From the NCBI GenBank assembly GCA_030591685.1, contig JAUVAX010000015.1, positions 1 to 49,850 on the forward strand: a stretch of 49,850 bases of DNA. The letters run 5' to 3'. The stretch comes from Pseudobdellovibrionaceae bacterium. GTDB taxonomy: Bacteria; Bdellovibrionota; Bdellovibrionia; Bdellovibrionales; UBA1609. This document shows positions 1 to 9,398 of the stretch, piece by piece. The notes beneath the pieces are model-generated. The model was not told the origin of the DNA, made no database searches, and worked only from the letters and a program-made list of their open reading frames with translations. The translations under genes were made by a program, and so were the position numbers. Positions within the stretch are counted from its first letter, which is position 1; each line of letters opens with the position of its first letter.

Positions 1-544
1 TATAGCTGCTGGTCAGTCAAGTGGCCTCACGGGAAAGAGTGGTCCTTCGCCTTTGGGATCCTTACAAACGGCCAACAACAACTCTAACTCAGAGATAGAT
101 AAAAACATACTCACCGGCGAAAGAGGCCGCGGAGGCTTTGTGTCGCCTTCAAGAGGTGGCGGTTATGTTGGTGGCTTTAAAGGCTACCATAGGGGAGAAG
201 ACCCCCGCGGGTTAGCCAGTAACAAAGACCCTTTTGAGGTGTTTAATAAAAAACTCAAAGCTAAGTTTGACAGGCGTACAAAAGACAGAAGATCAGGTTT
301 TAATGGTTTAATTTATAATGCCGCAAAAAAAACAGGGGCTATTAAACTTGTTGCTAGTTTGAGAAAGAGCCTCGGGGTACAAAAAGTGAGGGCAAACCCC
401 TATGGTTATGATTTAGTACCTGTTGTTCATGAGTATGCAGAGAAAGAAACCTCAGAGCGGATCGCCATGTACAGCTTATATACTTTTGTTATGGTATTTT
501 TATTTGTAGCTTTTGTTTTTCTCAGAAGAAAGAAGCTCATTTAA
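1..544 (+). CDS. 5'-truncated membrane-anchored protein (C-terminal TM helix plus basic tail)
   Basis: Frame is open from base 2 (IAAGQSSGLTG...) to TAA at 544. Gly-rich linker; ends IAMYSLYTFVMVFLFVAFVFL-RRKKLI. Confidence 0.7.
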   Translation, partial: IAAGQSSGLTGKSGPSPLGSLQTANNNSNSEIDKNILTGERGRGGFVSPSRGGGYVGGFKGYHRGEDPRGLASNKDPFEVFNKKLKAKFDRRTKDRRSGFNGLIYNAAKKTGAIKLVASLRKSLGVQKVRANPYGYDLVPVVHEYAEKETSERIAMYSLYTFVMVFLFVAFVFLRRKKLI

Positions 545-641
545 TGCCTAAGTGGCACTATAATCCGTATTAAAACGAGATTGTTTTAAAGTTTTAAACG
601 AGTGTTCGTTTTAGATGTTAGAATAAAGTATTGGGGGCTCT

Positions 642-1004
642 ATGCTTAAAAAAGCTATGCTCATAGTATCACTTTTAGTTCTGGTTGTCAGTTTTCAGAA
701 TTGCTCTGATTCGAGTGAATCGCTAAGTTTTGACCTCTCTAGTGAAGTCGCACAAAAAGCAAATTATCAATGGATTTTTGAAAATGTATTTCAAAAAAAA
801 TGTATGGATTGCCATAGCGGGGGGACAACCTTTGCAGGGCTAGATTTAATGTCTTACAACAGTCTTGCCGCATTTATAGTGTCCGGAGAGCCTGACCAGA
901 GCGCACTTTACTTGCGTTCATTTAGTACTAAGTTTTTTGTATTAACAGATCTAGAGCGCTCGGTTATCAGAGCCTGGATTGAGGACGGTGGCAAGAAAAA
1001 CTAA
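642..1004 (+). CDS. c-type cytochrome lipoprotein (planctomycete-type cytochrome c-like)
   Basis: Signal peptide ending SFQN-C, heme motif CMDCH, GEPDQSALY and L...E...I..WI..G pattern. Confidence 0.8.
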   Translation: MLKKAMLIVSLLVLVVSFQNCSDSSESLSFDLSSEVAQKANYQWIFENVFQKKCMDCHSGGTTFAGLDLMSYNSLAAFIVSGEPDQSALYLRSFSTKFFVLTDLERSVIRAWIEDGGKKN

Positions 1005-1648
1005 GAAACCTTCTCTTGAGGGGTTCTTAAAGCTGAGCTGTTTAATTCTAAAACATTTTTGGGGTCCGGTAGGTTGAGTTGCTCAGATTTTTCGTCGATC
1101 ATGTTTAATAATATTTTTTGTGAATCAGGGTGTGAGGGGTTTTGACTAATTATCAGTAACCGATCTAAATCGTGCTGTGTGCTTTGCTTAAAACTACTAA
1201 AAAAATAATTATAAGTGCTGACGAGCTCTTTAAATTCATCGTCGTCTCGAATAGTAAGGGGTCTAATGTGCCAGCGACCACGAGTGACCTCGTTCAAATG
1301 GTTACGTAGTAATTTAATGGGTGCTATAATTTTACCGGTAATTCTTATACCAAAAAAAGTAAAAAACAGTAGAACACCAGCTAGGCTAGCTACGAGGAGG
1401 GCATTTAAGTAAATAAATTCTCGTTGCAAGTGTTCGACTAAAGTTGGGGTATTCTCATAAGCGATTTCAATAAAAATATTATAATTTTGCTGTAAAAAAT
1501 AATAAAGTGGGCTTATGCAGATAATAAGCGCCAGAAAACACGGGACCACTATCATTCCAAGGTATTTTAACTGAAACTGGCGGTTAATAAATCGACTCTT
1601 ATGAGTTTTATAAGTTGCCGGTTGAATATATGGATTTGAGAACATCAT
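1001..1648 (-). CDS. two-TM HAMP-domain membrane protein
   Basis: INRQFQLKY start, two hydrophobic helices, HAMP-like PIKLL...IRDDDEFKELV. Confidence 0.7.
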   Translation of the reverse strand: MMFSNPYIQPATYKTHKSRFINRQFQLKYLGMIVVPCFLALIICISPLYYFLQQNYNIFIEIAYENTPTLVEHLQREFIYLNALLVASLAGVLLFFTFFGIRITGKIIAPIKLLRNHLNEVTRGRWHIRPLTIRDDDEFKELVSTYNYFFSSFKQSTQHDLDRLLIISQNPSHPDSQKILLNMIDEKSEQLNLPDPKNVLELNSSALRTPQEKVS

Positions 1649-1660
1649 ATAAATAGAATA

Positions 1661-2554
1661 ATGTTGATTGTGTTTTACTCAAAGCTCTTCTACTATTTAT
1701 CTATGAACTCTCATCGTAAGTCAGACGGCAAAAAACTCCAGGTGTTAGCCTTTAATAGGGTTGGGCGAGCTTTATTAAGCTTTTTACTCGCCTTTAGTTT
1801 TATGGGTTGCTCGGCACTCAGTAAAAGGTCAACGGAGGCTTCCGAAGTGGACCCTCAGGAGATTTCATATAAGGACGATCAAAAATCTATTCAAGAACTA
1901 AGAAAAAACATCCCTCTTGAGACGCGTGAGCAAAACGATGAACTCGCCGTTATGTTAAAAATGATTGGCGAGCACATTACCACTGAACCCAATAAAGTTA
2001 GAGGTAAATTTGATAAGCTAGTAAGAAAAAAGCGAGAAAGGTTTAGAAAGACCCTGAAAAAGGATCGCCTTAAATTTACAAAAACAGAGCGTAAAACAAG
2101 AGATCAATTTTTAAAGAAGCTTAAAAAGGAGAGAAAGTCCTATTTAAGCACCAAAAGGGAGCGCGAAGAAAGGCGTGAGTTTTTTGACGATCAACGCCAA
2201 TCCCGAAAAGAGTATTTCGCTAACGAGCGTGATAATAGAAAAGAGTTTGAGTCCATGATGAGACAAAAATCAAATGATTTTAATGGCGAAACAAGAGAGC
2301 AAATCAAACAATTTTACCAAGAATGGGGTCTATACTCTCGCCGGTATAGAGAAAGAAAAAAACAAGAAAAACAAGAAAAGCGCGATAGGCAACGCGGGTC
2401 AAGACAGGGCCGATTTATGCATCAAAATAACTCTTACGGAGCCCCTAAAAACATTCAAACTCTCAGGCCCGGAAAAGGGCACTCCTCTGCACTTGATGAG
2501 TTTGATGAAATGCGTAATATTCCGTCACAAGATTTATCAACCGATGGTAAGTAA
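1661..2554 (+). CDS. hypothetical charged coiled-coil lipoprotein (start may be 1703)
   Basis: Hydrophobic stretch plus FMG-C lipobox, then K/R/E-rich helical body. Confidence 0.65.
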   Translation: MLIVFYSKLFYYLSMNSHRKSDGKKLQVLAFNRVGRALLSFLLAFSFMGCSALSKRSTEASEVDPQEISYKDDQKSIQELRKNIPLETREQNDELAVMLKMIGEHITTEPNKVRGKFDKLVRKKRERFRKTLKKDRLKFTKTERKTRDQFLKKLKKERKSYLSTKREREERREFFDDQRQSRKEYFANERDNRKEFESMMRQKSNDFNGETREQIKQFYQEWGLYSRRYRERKKQEKQEKRDRQRGSRQGRFMHQNNSYGAPKNIQTLRPGKGHSSALDEFDEMRNIPSQDLSTDGK

Positions 2555-2556
2555 TT

Positions 2557-3744
2557 ATGAGTGTTTCTTTTTGGCAAGATTTAAGTAAGTATAAAAATCA
2601 AAAAATTATTAGTAAGGATGTCATAATAGTTGGTGGTGGCATAGCGGGTCTTTCAACCGCTTTTTGGTTAAAGCACGAGGACCCTAGTTTAAGTATTGCT
2701 GTGCTTGAAAAGGGGGCTGTGGGCAGTGGAGCCACCGGTCGCAATGCGGGCTTTATAACCTGTGGGTCTGTTGAGCATTATAACCGCATGGTTGAAAAAC
2801 ACGGCGAATCCCAGGCCAAAGAAATTTGGAAGTTCTCTGAAGAAAATTTAAAACTATTAAACGAGTATCTTTTAAAGGGTCATGAAGGTGAGGTTTCTTT
2901 TCAAACTCAGGGGAGCTTTTCTTTGGCTTCGACAAACGAGGAGTTTAAAGAGTTAAAGCGAGCAAAAGCTCTTATGAGTTCGCATGGTGTAAGTGTTGAA
3001 ACATTAGAGGTTGTTGACATCAAAAAAAGACTTCATGTTGAGGGCTTTGTTGGGGGCATCAAGTACTGTGACGACGCCTCAATTGACCCGATCGCTCTTT
3101 TAAGTTTAATGCGTAAAAAGCTTGAGGCGGGCCCCAGTCCTGTTGAGTTTTATGAGCATAATGAAGTTTTTGAACTCTCCTCTAAGTCTGACACTCAGGT
3201 CGTAGTGACCCAAGCTCATACCTTTGAGGGTCAAGCCGTTGTACTAGCTACAAACGCCTACTCTAGCCTTATAGATAGTTATTTTGAAAATAAAATTTAC
3301 CCAACGCGTGGTCAAATACTCATCACTGAAAAGGTCCCTTTATTTATGGAAGGGCCTTGTTATGCTAACTTTGTTTTAGACTACTTTCGCCAACTCCCCA
3401 CAGGCGAGGTTATTATAGGGGGTTTTAGACAATTACAAAAAGATGCAGAGGTGGGTTTTAGTGACCAAACAACCTTTGTTATACAAAAAGCCCTAGAGGA
3501 TTTTTTGCATCTCCATATACCACATTTAAGAGGTAAAAAAGTGACCCATCGATGGTCTGGAGTCATGGGATTTAGCGCTGATGGTCAGCCCTTGGTGGGC
3601 TCTTTGCCCACGAACCCACAGGTTTATTTTTTAGGGGGGTTTACGGCACATGGCTTAGGCTTGGCTTTTCACTGCGCAAAAACCTTATCTCAACTTATTT
3701 TTGGTCAGTCTCCGCCACAGTGGCTTTCAGCACGAAGATTTTAA
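2557..3744 (+). CDS. FAD-dependent oxidoreductase, DAO/PuuB-like family
   Basis: VIIVGGGIAG, GATGRNAGF, RGQ, WSGVMGFSADGQP, GFTAHGLG motifs. Confidence 0.9.
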   Translation: MSVSFWQDLSKYKNQKIISKDVIIVGGGIAGLSTAFWLKHEDPSLSIAVLEKGAVGSGATGRNAGFITCGSVEHYNRMVEKHGESQAKEIWKFSEENLKLLNEYLLKGHEGEVSFQTQGSFSLASTNEEFKELKRAKALMSSHGVSVETLEVVDIKKRLHVEGFVGGIKYCDDASIDPIALLSLMRKKLEAGPSPVEFYEHNEVFELSSKSDTQVVVTQAHTFEGQAVVLATNAYSSLIDSYFENKIYPTRGQILITEKVPLFMEGPCYANFVLDYFRQLPTGEVIIGGFRQLQKDAEVGFSDQTTFVIQKALEDFLHLHIPHLRGKKVTHRWSGVMGFSADGQPLVGSLPTNPQVYFLGGFTAHGLGLAFHCAKTLSQLIFGQSPPQWLSARRF

Positions 3745-3765
3745 TTATAATCAGAGTACAAATAT

Positions 3766-3798
3766 AAAAAAAGGCAAACACGAGGTTTACCTTTTTTT
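3766..3798. terminator. intrinsic (probably bidirectional) terminator
   Basis: A7-GGCAAAC-ACGAG-GTTTACC-T7 between convergent genes; the stem pairs fully (one G-U) on the minus strand. Confidence 0.75.
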
Positions 3799-3821
3799 AA
3801 TTAAGTTTTGTTTTAAGAAAC

Positions 3822-5021
3822 CTAGTTCATTTTAAATTTAACGACAACGGGGTAGTGATCTGAGTAGCCGAGCTTGTTTATATCTGTAGTGTTGAAGTTG
3901 CCTTTAAAAGGGACCAACTGATCAATGGGGTAGTAGTCAGGAGAGCGGCCCCTATATTGGTGATGTTTAGAGTTTACCGGGGTCCCAACGATGCGATAAC
4001 TATGAGGTAAAACCGTAACCCCTTCAGGAGACCATAAGTTTTGACTAATAAAAAGTCGATCAAAATGGTTATACACGCCCTCCCTTTGATACCAATAGGT
4101 AGCTGGCGGCATTTGATACCTCATTGGGTTTCTAGATTTTTCTGAAATAGATTGAGTGTCGTATAAAAACAAATCCCATGTTGTGGGGCTTGTTAGCATA
4201 TCATGAAAGGGATGAGGAGAGTCGTTAGTCGTAGTATTAAAGTCTCCCGTAGCAATCACATGATAGTTCTTAATACCAATTTTATTTGTTTGCTTGACGA
4301 TTTCTTCAGCTAAAACTTGTGAGGCCGTAAAGCGAGTAACAGAGCCCTTACCTTGCGACGGCCAATGATTAACATAAACGGCGATTACTTTTTTAGATCT
4401 ATTATGGCCTCTTTTTGGGCGAAAATGAGCCCTTAGTATATTACGAGTTTTAAAGTTTACACGGCTAGAAACATCAATCTCCTGATGCTCTATATATTCA
4501 AGCTTGTTTTGGTTAAAAAGCAGGGCTACGTCAATGCCTCGTCTGTCGGGGCTATTTGTAACTAAATAGTTAGAGTAGCCTAAAACCTGGCCAAGCATTT
4601 TTACAACATTTTCGTTTTCAACTTCTTGCACAGCTAATAAATCAGGGAGAGACCCTTGAAGTGCTATTGATTTTTTAAGCTGGTGGAGCTTGAGTAAAAG
4701 TTTTTCTTTGGTCCAATCCAACCTTAAACACTGCTCTCGGTAGTAGTCTTTGCTGAGCCTTTGGCAGTTAATGGCCTTTCCGCGAGAGTTTATCGGTAAA
4801 AATGTGTGATCAAGCTTGCCCTTATCGTGTTTCGTATCAAAGAGGTTTAATACATTATAAGACATCACTTTAAACTCAGTGGCCCCGGTTTTTGTAGCCA
4901 TTCTGGCTTGAGATGAAAAGGGGTAAAATTCTTGTGAATTATAATTGGATTGCTGTTGAGAAAGGGCCTGAATTTGAAATAATATGACCATCCATGCTGT
5001 AAAAACCTTAAGTGCGTTCAT
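3822..5021 (-). CDS. secreted endonuclease/exonuclease/phosphatase (EEP) family protein
   Basis: Signal peptide, SYNVLNLFD, VQEVEN, RGIDVALL, NHWPS, GDFN, GYSDHYPV. Confidence 0.9.
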   Translation of the reverse strand: MNALKVFTAWMVILFQIQALSQQQSNYNSQEFYPFSSQARMATKTGATEFKVMSYNVLNLFDTKHDKGKLDHTFLPINSRGKAINCQRLSKDYYREQCLRLDWTKEKLLLKLHQLKKSIALQGSLPDLLAVQEVENENVVKMLGQVLGYSNYLVTNSPDRRGIDVALLFNQNKLEYIEHQEIDVSSRVNFKTRNILRAHFRPKRGHNRSKKVIAVYVNHWPSQGKGSVTRFTASQVLAEEIVKQTNKIGIKNYHVIATGDFNTTTNDSPHPFHDMLTSPTTWDLFLYDTQSISEKSRNPMRYQMPPATYWYQREGVYNHFDRLFISQNLWSPEGVTVLPHSYRIVGTPVNSKHHQYRGRSPDYYPIDQLVPFKGNFNTTDINKLGYSDHYPVVVKFKMN

Positions 5022-5158
5022 CCGTGCCCCCTAGATATGGTGTTTTTTAATTCCCAACATACATATCATGGGGTATTTGGGGCTCGCAATGGTCTTTTTG
5101 AAAAAAATTCAAATAACACATCAAGGCACTTTGAGTGCTCAATAGGTGTGCTGATACC

Positions 5159-5989
5159 TTACTTTTTGATTGTTTTTTTGGCACCTGTTTTTGAACTCAC
5201 TTTGGCCTTTTTAGAGCCTCTCACATTTTTTGTGGTCTCTGTTTTTTCGACTCTTCTTTTGAAAACCCTAAGTAGGTCTTGAGTTTTTAGCTCTTTGTAG
5301 TCACCGGGCCTCAGTGACGAAAGCCGGTATTCACCAATAGCGATGCGGGTGAGTTTTTTTACATCAAACCCGATTTTTTCAAACATTTTTCGGATTTGTC
5401 TGTTTTTGCCCTCATTAATGACGACTCTCACCCAGTCATATTTTTTTGATTTACCGTAGGGGACAACATCGGCCTGTAAAGCCGCGACCTTACCCCCAAT
5501 GATGGTGACTCCATTTTTTAACTTCTGAAGTTGGGCCGGGGATATTTTGCCATCGATTTTAGCCACATATGTTTTATTTATTTTTGACTTTGGGTTAGAG
5601 ACCTCATTTGAAAAGTCCCCGTCATTGGTGATAAATATTAACCCCTCGGTGGCCCAGTCTAAGCGGCCCACAGGGAAGAGGCGGTGTTTTTTAAATTTTT
5701 TAAAGTACTCCATAACCATGGGTCTATCGAGAGGGTCAGAGGTGGTTGTGACAACATTTTTAGGCTTATGAAAGGCAAAGTAAACTTTATCTTTAGCGAG
5801 CTCTATTACTCGGCCGTTGACTTTAATAGAGTCTTCTTTGGAGTCGACTTGTGTGCCGAGCTCTTTAATGGTTTTGCCGTTCACTTGAACGTCGCCGGAT
5901 GTGATGAGCTCATCGGCCTTTCGTCGGCTGCAAACTCCGGCCTCGGCCAGAAATTTATTTAATCGGGTGAGCTTATTTTTTTGTATCAT
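5159..5989 (-). CDS. rRNA pseudouridine synthase, RsuA/RluB family
   Basis: S4 domain RLNKFLAEAGVCSRRKAD, catalytic VGRLD, EGKNRQIRKM. Confidence 0.93.
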   Translation of the reverse strand: MIQKNKLTRLNKFLAEAGVCSRRKADELITSGDVQVNGKTIKELGTQVDSKEDSIKVNGRVIELAKDKVYFAFHKPKNVVTTTSDPLDRPMVMEYFKKFKKHRLFPVGRLDWATEGLIFITNDGDFSNEVSNPKSKINKTYVAKIDGKISPAQLQKLKNGVTIIGGKVAALQADVVPYGKSKKYDWVRVVINEGKNRQIRKMFEKIGFDVKKLTRIAIGEYRLSSLRPGDYKELKTQDLLRVFKRRVEKTETTKNVRGSKKAKVSSKTGAKKTIKK

Positions 5990-6951
5990 TAGATCCTGCT
6001 ATCGGCTGAATTTTTACGAGTGTGTTTAACAATCGCTAGTTCCAGTTGAGATAGCAGAAGCTTAAGGTATTTGTCATTTGGAAAAATGTTTTCTACTGCA
6101 AATTGAGCCTTTTGGTAGGTAGATCGGGCTAATTTCTCATGCCCGGGGTCATTATTGATGAGCATTTGTGTAGACTTTTCAAGTAAACAGGTGAGTTCGA
6201 TATACTCAGGGTCTGATTTTGCATGGATATAATGGTACTCGAGTTGTTTTAAGTGCCTATAAACATCCGGGACTTGGTTTAAATGGTTAAACTCAATGCG
6301 CGAATGCCTTTGTAGAGAGTAGCCCCTAATTAAGTGCCCATACCCATTACTAGCCCCTGCAATGTATAAATGTGCAAAGGTGTGGTCGTTTATTGAAAGA
6401 GTATGTAAGTGATGAGGTGTAAGTTGCAGGGCATGGTTATAAGTTAAATGAGTAATGGGGCTTAAGGGCTCTAAAACTCCATTATTAATTTTTTGAGTAC
6501 TATGAAACACTTGGACTTGTAAGTCTTGCTTTGTGGAGAAATCTAAAACTAAACATTGGCCCTTGGGGAGCTCTATAATTTTTATTTTTTTTGTGTTGTC
6601 TGAAGGAGCGTTAAATTTTTGCGCTAGGCTGTCTTTAAGGTCCGATGGCTTTTTAATATTTATAAGCTGCCAGTTATACCGTTGACTGATTTGCTGAGCC
6701 GGGTAGTTGAAATGAAAATTACGACAAAACCGGCCGCATAGGTCGGTGATTTGCTCAAGAAGCTCCTCTTGGTTTTGCTGCCAGTGTTCGTAGATATAAA
6801 TGCGATTGAAAAAATCACTTAAAATACCATCACCAAAAACTTCGTTGTCATTTGTATAGTGAGTTAAATAGTTATAAAAACAAAAACGAAAAGCATTTTT
6901 TTGAGGATCTAGGCTTTTTATGAATTCTTTTAATTGCTTTGCTTTGGCCAT
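5989..6951 (-). CDS. hypothetical protein
   Basis: 320-aa ORF whose stop overlaps the synthase start (TAATG). Confidence 0.7.
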   Translation of the reverse strand: MAKAKQLKEFIKSLDPQKNAFRFCFYNYLTHYTNDNEVFGDGILSDFFNRIYIYEHWQQNQEELLEQITDLCGRFCRNFHFNYPAQQISQRYNWQLINIKKPSDLKDSLAQKFNAPSDNTKKIKIIELPKGQCLVLDFSTKQDLQVQVFHSTQKINNGVLEPLSPITHLTYNHALQLTPHHLHTLSINDHTFAHLYIAGASNGYGHLIRGYSLQRHSRIEFNHLNQVPDVYRHLKQLEYHYIHAKSDPEYIELTCLLEKSTQMLINNDPGHEKLARSTYQKAQFAVENIFPNDKYLKLLLSQLELAIVKHTRKNSADSRI

Positions 6952-7102
6952 GCTTAACGATAAAACGAAGTGTCCAATCCACCAAGTTCGTATTTTTTAG
7001 CCACGGCATGTTAAAAGTGCTTTAAAGAAGGCATTTTTTGTTAGGGTTTACTTCAGGAGTGCGTTAAGCTTATTTACGAGTCAGCATATTTATAGTTAGG
7101 GG

Positions 7103-7669
7103 ATGGGGTTGAGAAGAGAGTTAAATCCAAGTATTTTTGGCACAAATCCCCCCTCTTCAGCTGACCGTGAAGGGCCTGAGTCAGGCTCTTCGCCCGCAGT
7201 ACAGCCCCAATATAACTATATGCCGGTCTCAAATTCACAACAGGTGGGTTTAGGTTCGGCAGATGCTCAAATTATTTCGGTCCAAATTGAAGGCTTAAAA
7301 GAAAAGATCAAGCAGCTCGTACATCGTACGCAAACCCAAGACGCCATCATTGAAGAGCTCGTAGGTAGCAGCCAAATTAAATTTGAACGGTTCAAGCAAG
7401 CCTTTCACCGTGTTGAAGAGTTTGTTAAAAACAACATTAACGAACTTAATGGTCGATTCGGAAAATTAAATAGCCGTATTGTTTCACAAAACTATAATGA
7501 TTCAAAACTTGAACAAATGATGCAAAAGCACAATGAAATCATCCTCGCCTTTGAGGCCAAGCTCTCAAAGGTCCAAAAAGTCATGTCAGACCAAGAAATT
7601 CAACTTATGAACTACAAAGGGGCCCTTGAAGAGGCTCGGCACGAAATCGCCCGCTTAAAAAGACTTTAA
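7103..7669 (+). CDS. hypothetical coiled-coil protein
   Basis: Disordered N-terminus followed by a long heptad-like helix ending ARHEIARLKRL. Confidence 0.75.
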   Translation: MGLRRELNPSIFGTNPPSSADREGPESGSSPAVQPQYNYMPVSNSQQVGLGSADAQIISVQIEGLKEKIKQLVHRTQTQDAIIEELVGSSQIKFERFKQAFHRVEEFVKNNINELNGRFGKLNSRIVSQNYNDSKLEQMMQKHNEIILAFEAKLSKVQKVMSDQEIQLMNYKGALEEARHEIARLKRL

Positions 7670-7724
7670 AGCTAATCCTAGAGAAGACCTATATTTACAT
7701 CAAACTCAGTTTCAAAATGAATAA

Positions 7725-9311
7725 TTATTTAGTGAGTTTTATAATGCGATTATAAAACTCTTCGCCCTTTTCAAAGCCAGTAAGCGTTAGCTCTTGTCTG
7801 TAGACCCCTGAGCGATCATAAAAAACTAAATTAGGTAGCCCCACTATATTATATTTCTCTTTAAGGCGTTCAAACTCTTTTGAATTTTCAGTGGCGTTAA
7901 ACTTGAGTAACACAAAATCTTGAGCAAGGTTGTAAACCTTGGGGTGTGTAAATGTGTGTTTTTCGAGCTCAAAGCAAGCCGCACACCAGTCGGCCCAAAA
8001 ATCAATGATAACGGGGATGTTGTTTTTTAATCCCCATTGCAATTTTTCTTCAGTGTACTCTTGAAAGTGAAGCTTTTTTTGGTTTTCATTTTGCACTAAG
8101 TTTGGGGCCATTAAATGGCGCTTAATAAGTGGGTATGCAAAATAAACAGAAACACCAACCATCAGCACCCCAAATACATATTTTACTCGGTTCATCCATT
8201 CGCCCGATTTGGGGAGCTTACTCAGTAATGAACTTGAGGTCCCTAAAACTATGAAGATCATCCCCAGCCCAAGAGCAAATACAAAGAGCAGAAAAAAGCC
8301 TAAAACTAGATCTTGAGTTTTAGCAACATAGGTCAGTATTCCGACAAGTACTGGTCCCACACACGGACTGGCTACGATGCCCGCAATAATACCGGCCCCC
8401 CAGGCGCCGACATACCCAGACCCCGTATTGAGTTGAGTTAAATTTTTAGTAATAAAATTGGGTAACTGCAATTCAAAAACCCCGAACATGCTCAATGCCA
8501 TGAGAAAAAACAAAAGAGAAATTAATGACACAACAACAGGGTGCCCCATATAGGCCCCAAACAGGGCCCCGGTAGAAGCCGCAAAAACCCCAAGGCTTGA
8601 GTAAGTAATAGCAATCCCAAAAACATAGCTAAGGCTTGCAAAAAAGTTTTGGCTTTTAGTGCGTGCATGGGCCCGACTCCCAATAACAGCCATTGTTATG
8701 GGGATCATGGGGAATACACAGGGCGTAAAGCTTGTTAATACCCCCGCAATAAATACAAATAAAAATACAGCAAACCAGCCTTGCTTGATAGCTTGCTCAA
8801 AGAGATCTAATTTTTTAGGCTCAATAAGTATGGGTTCGGTAGGGTCTCGGCCTGTGCTAGAGAGAACGGTGTACTCAAGGGGGACATCTAGTTTTTTAGG
8901 TAGTAAGCAGTAATTGAGCGAACAAGCCTGATAGGTGAGTTGTAAGTTTGTTTTTATGGCTCCGGGCCGGGTATTTAAGGGGATTTCAATAACTGTACGA
9001 AGTGTCGCACTGCCTTTAACGCCGGTTTTTATTTTTTTAAAAAATTTATCTTTCCATGTGAGTAGGGGTGAAATTTTAAAGGTCCCAATAAGAAGAGACC
9101 CTTTGGGGGTCACCTGAAGTTTAAATTGATCTTGGTAGGCCCAGTGATCTGGCGCGAGGTTAAGGTCAACCACAAGTTGAGTATTGGCCCCGGGCTGCAA
9201 ATGAGAAGTTGTGAGATGTGCTGTGGCTTTAAGAGGACTTTTATTGATAACAGGGGACGCAAAAGCAGAGGGAGCTAACAGGGTTAAGAGCAGTAAGGTT
9301 CGGGTTATCAT
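7725..9311 (-). CDS. dsbD: thiol:disulfide interchange protein DsbD (ORF track starts at 9335)
   Basis: Signal peptide, N-domain CSLNYC, TM motifs TPCVFP and SPCVGP, thioredoxin WADWCAAC. Confidence 0.92.
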   Translation of the reverse strand: MITRTLLLLTLLAPSAFASPVINKSPLKATAHLTTSHLQPGANTQLVVDLNLAPDHWAYQDQFKLQVTPKGSLLIGTFKISPLLTWKDKFFKKIKTGVKGSATLRTVIEIPLNTRPGAIKTNLQLTYQACSLNYCLLPKKLDVPLEYTVLSSTGRDPTEPILIEPKKLDLFEQAIKQGWFAVFLFVFIAGVLTSFTPCVFPMIPITMAVIGSRAHARTKSQNFFASLSYVFGIAITYSSLGVFAASTGALFGAYMGHPVVVSLISLLFFLMALSMFGVFELQLPNFITKNLTQLNTGSGYVGAWGAGIIAGIVASPCVGPVLVGILTYVAKTQDLVLGFFLLFVFALGLGMIFIVLGTSSSLLSKLPKSGEWMNRVKYVFGVLMVGVSVYFAYPLIKRHLMAPNLVQNENQKKLHFQEYTEEKLQWGLKNNIPVIIDFWADWCAACFELEKHTFTHPKVYNLAQDFVLLKFNATENSKEFERLKEKYNIVGLPNLVFYDRSGVYRQELTLTGFEKGEEFYNRIIKLTK

Positions 9312-9398
9312 ATTGGCCCTTTTTGTCAAGTGCACATGGTTTTTAACGTTTCAAAAGGTACTATAAAATAACTTCTTCGTAAATTTAAAAATAAAGGG

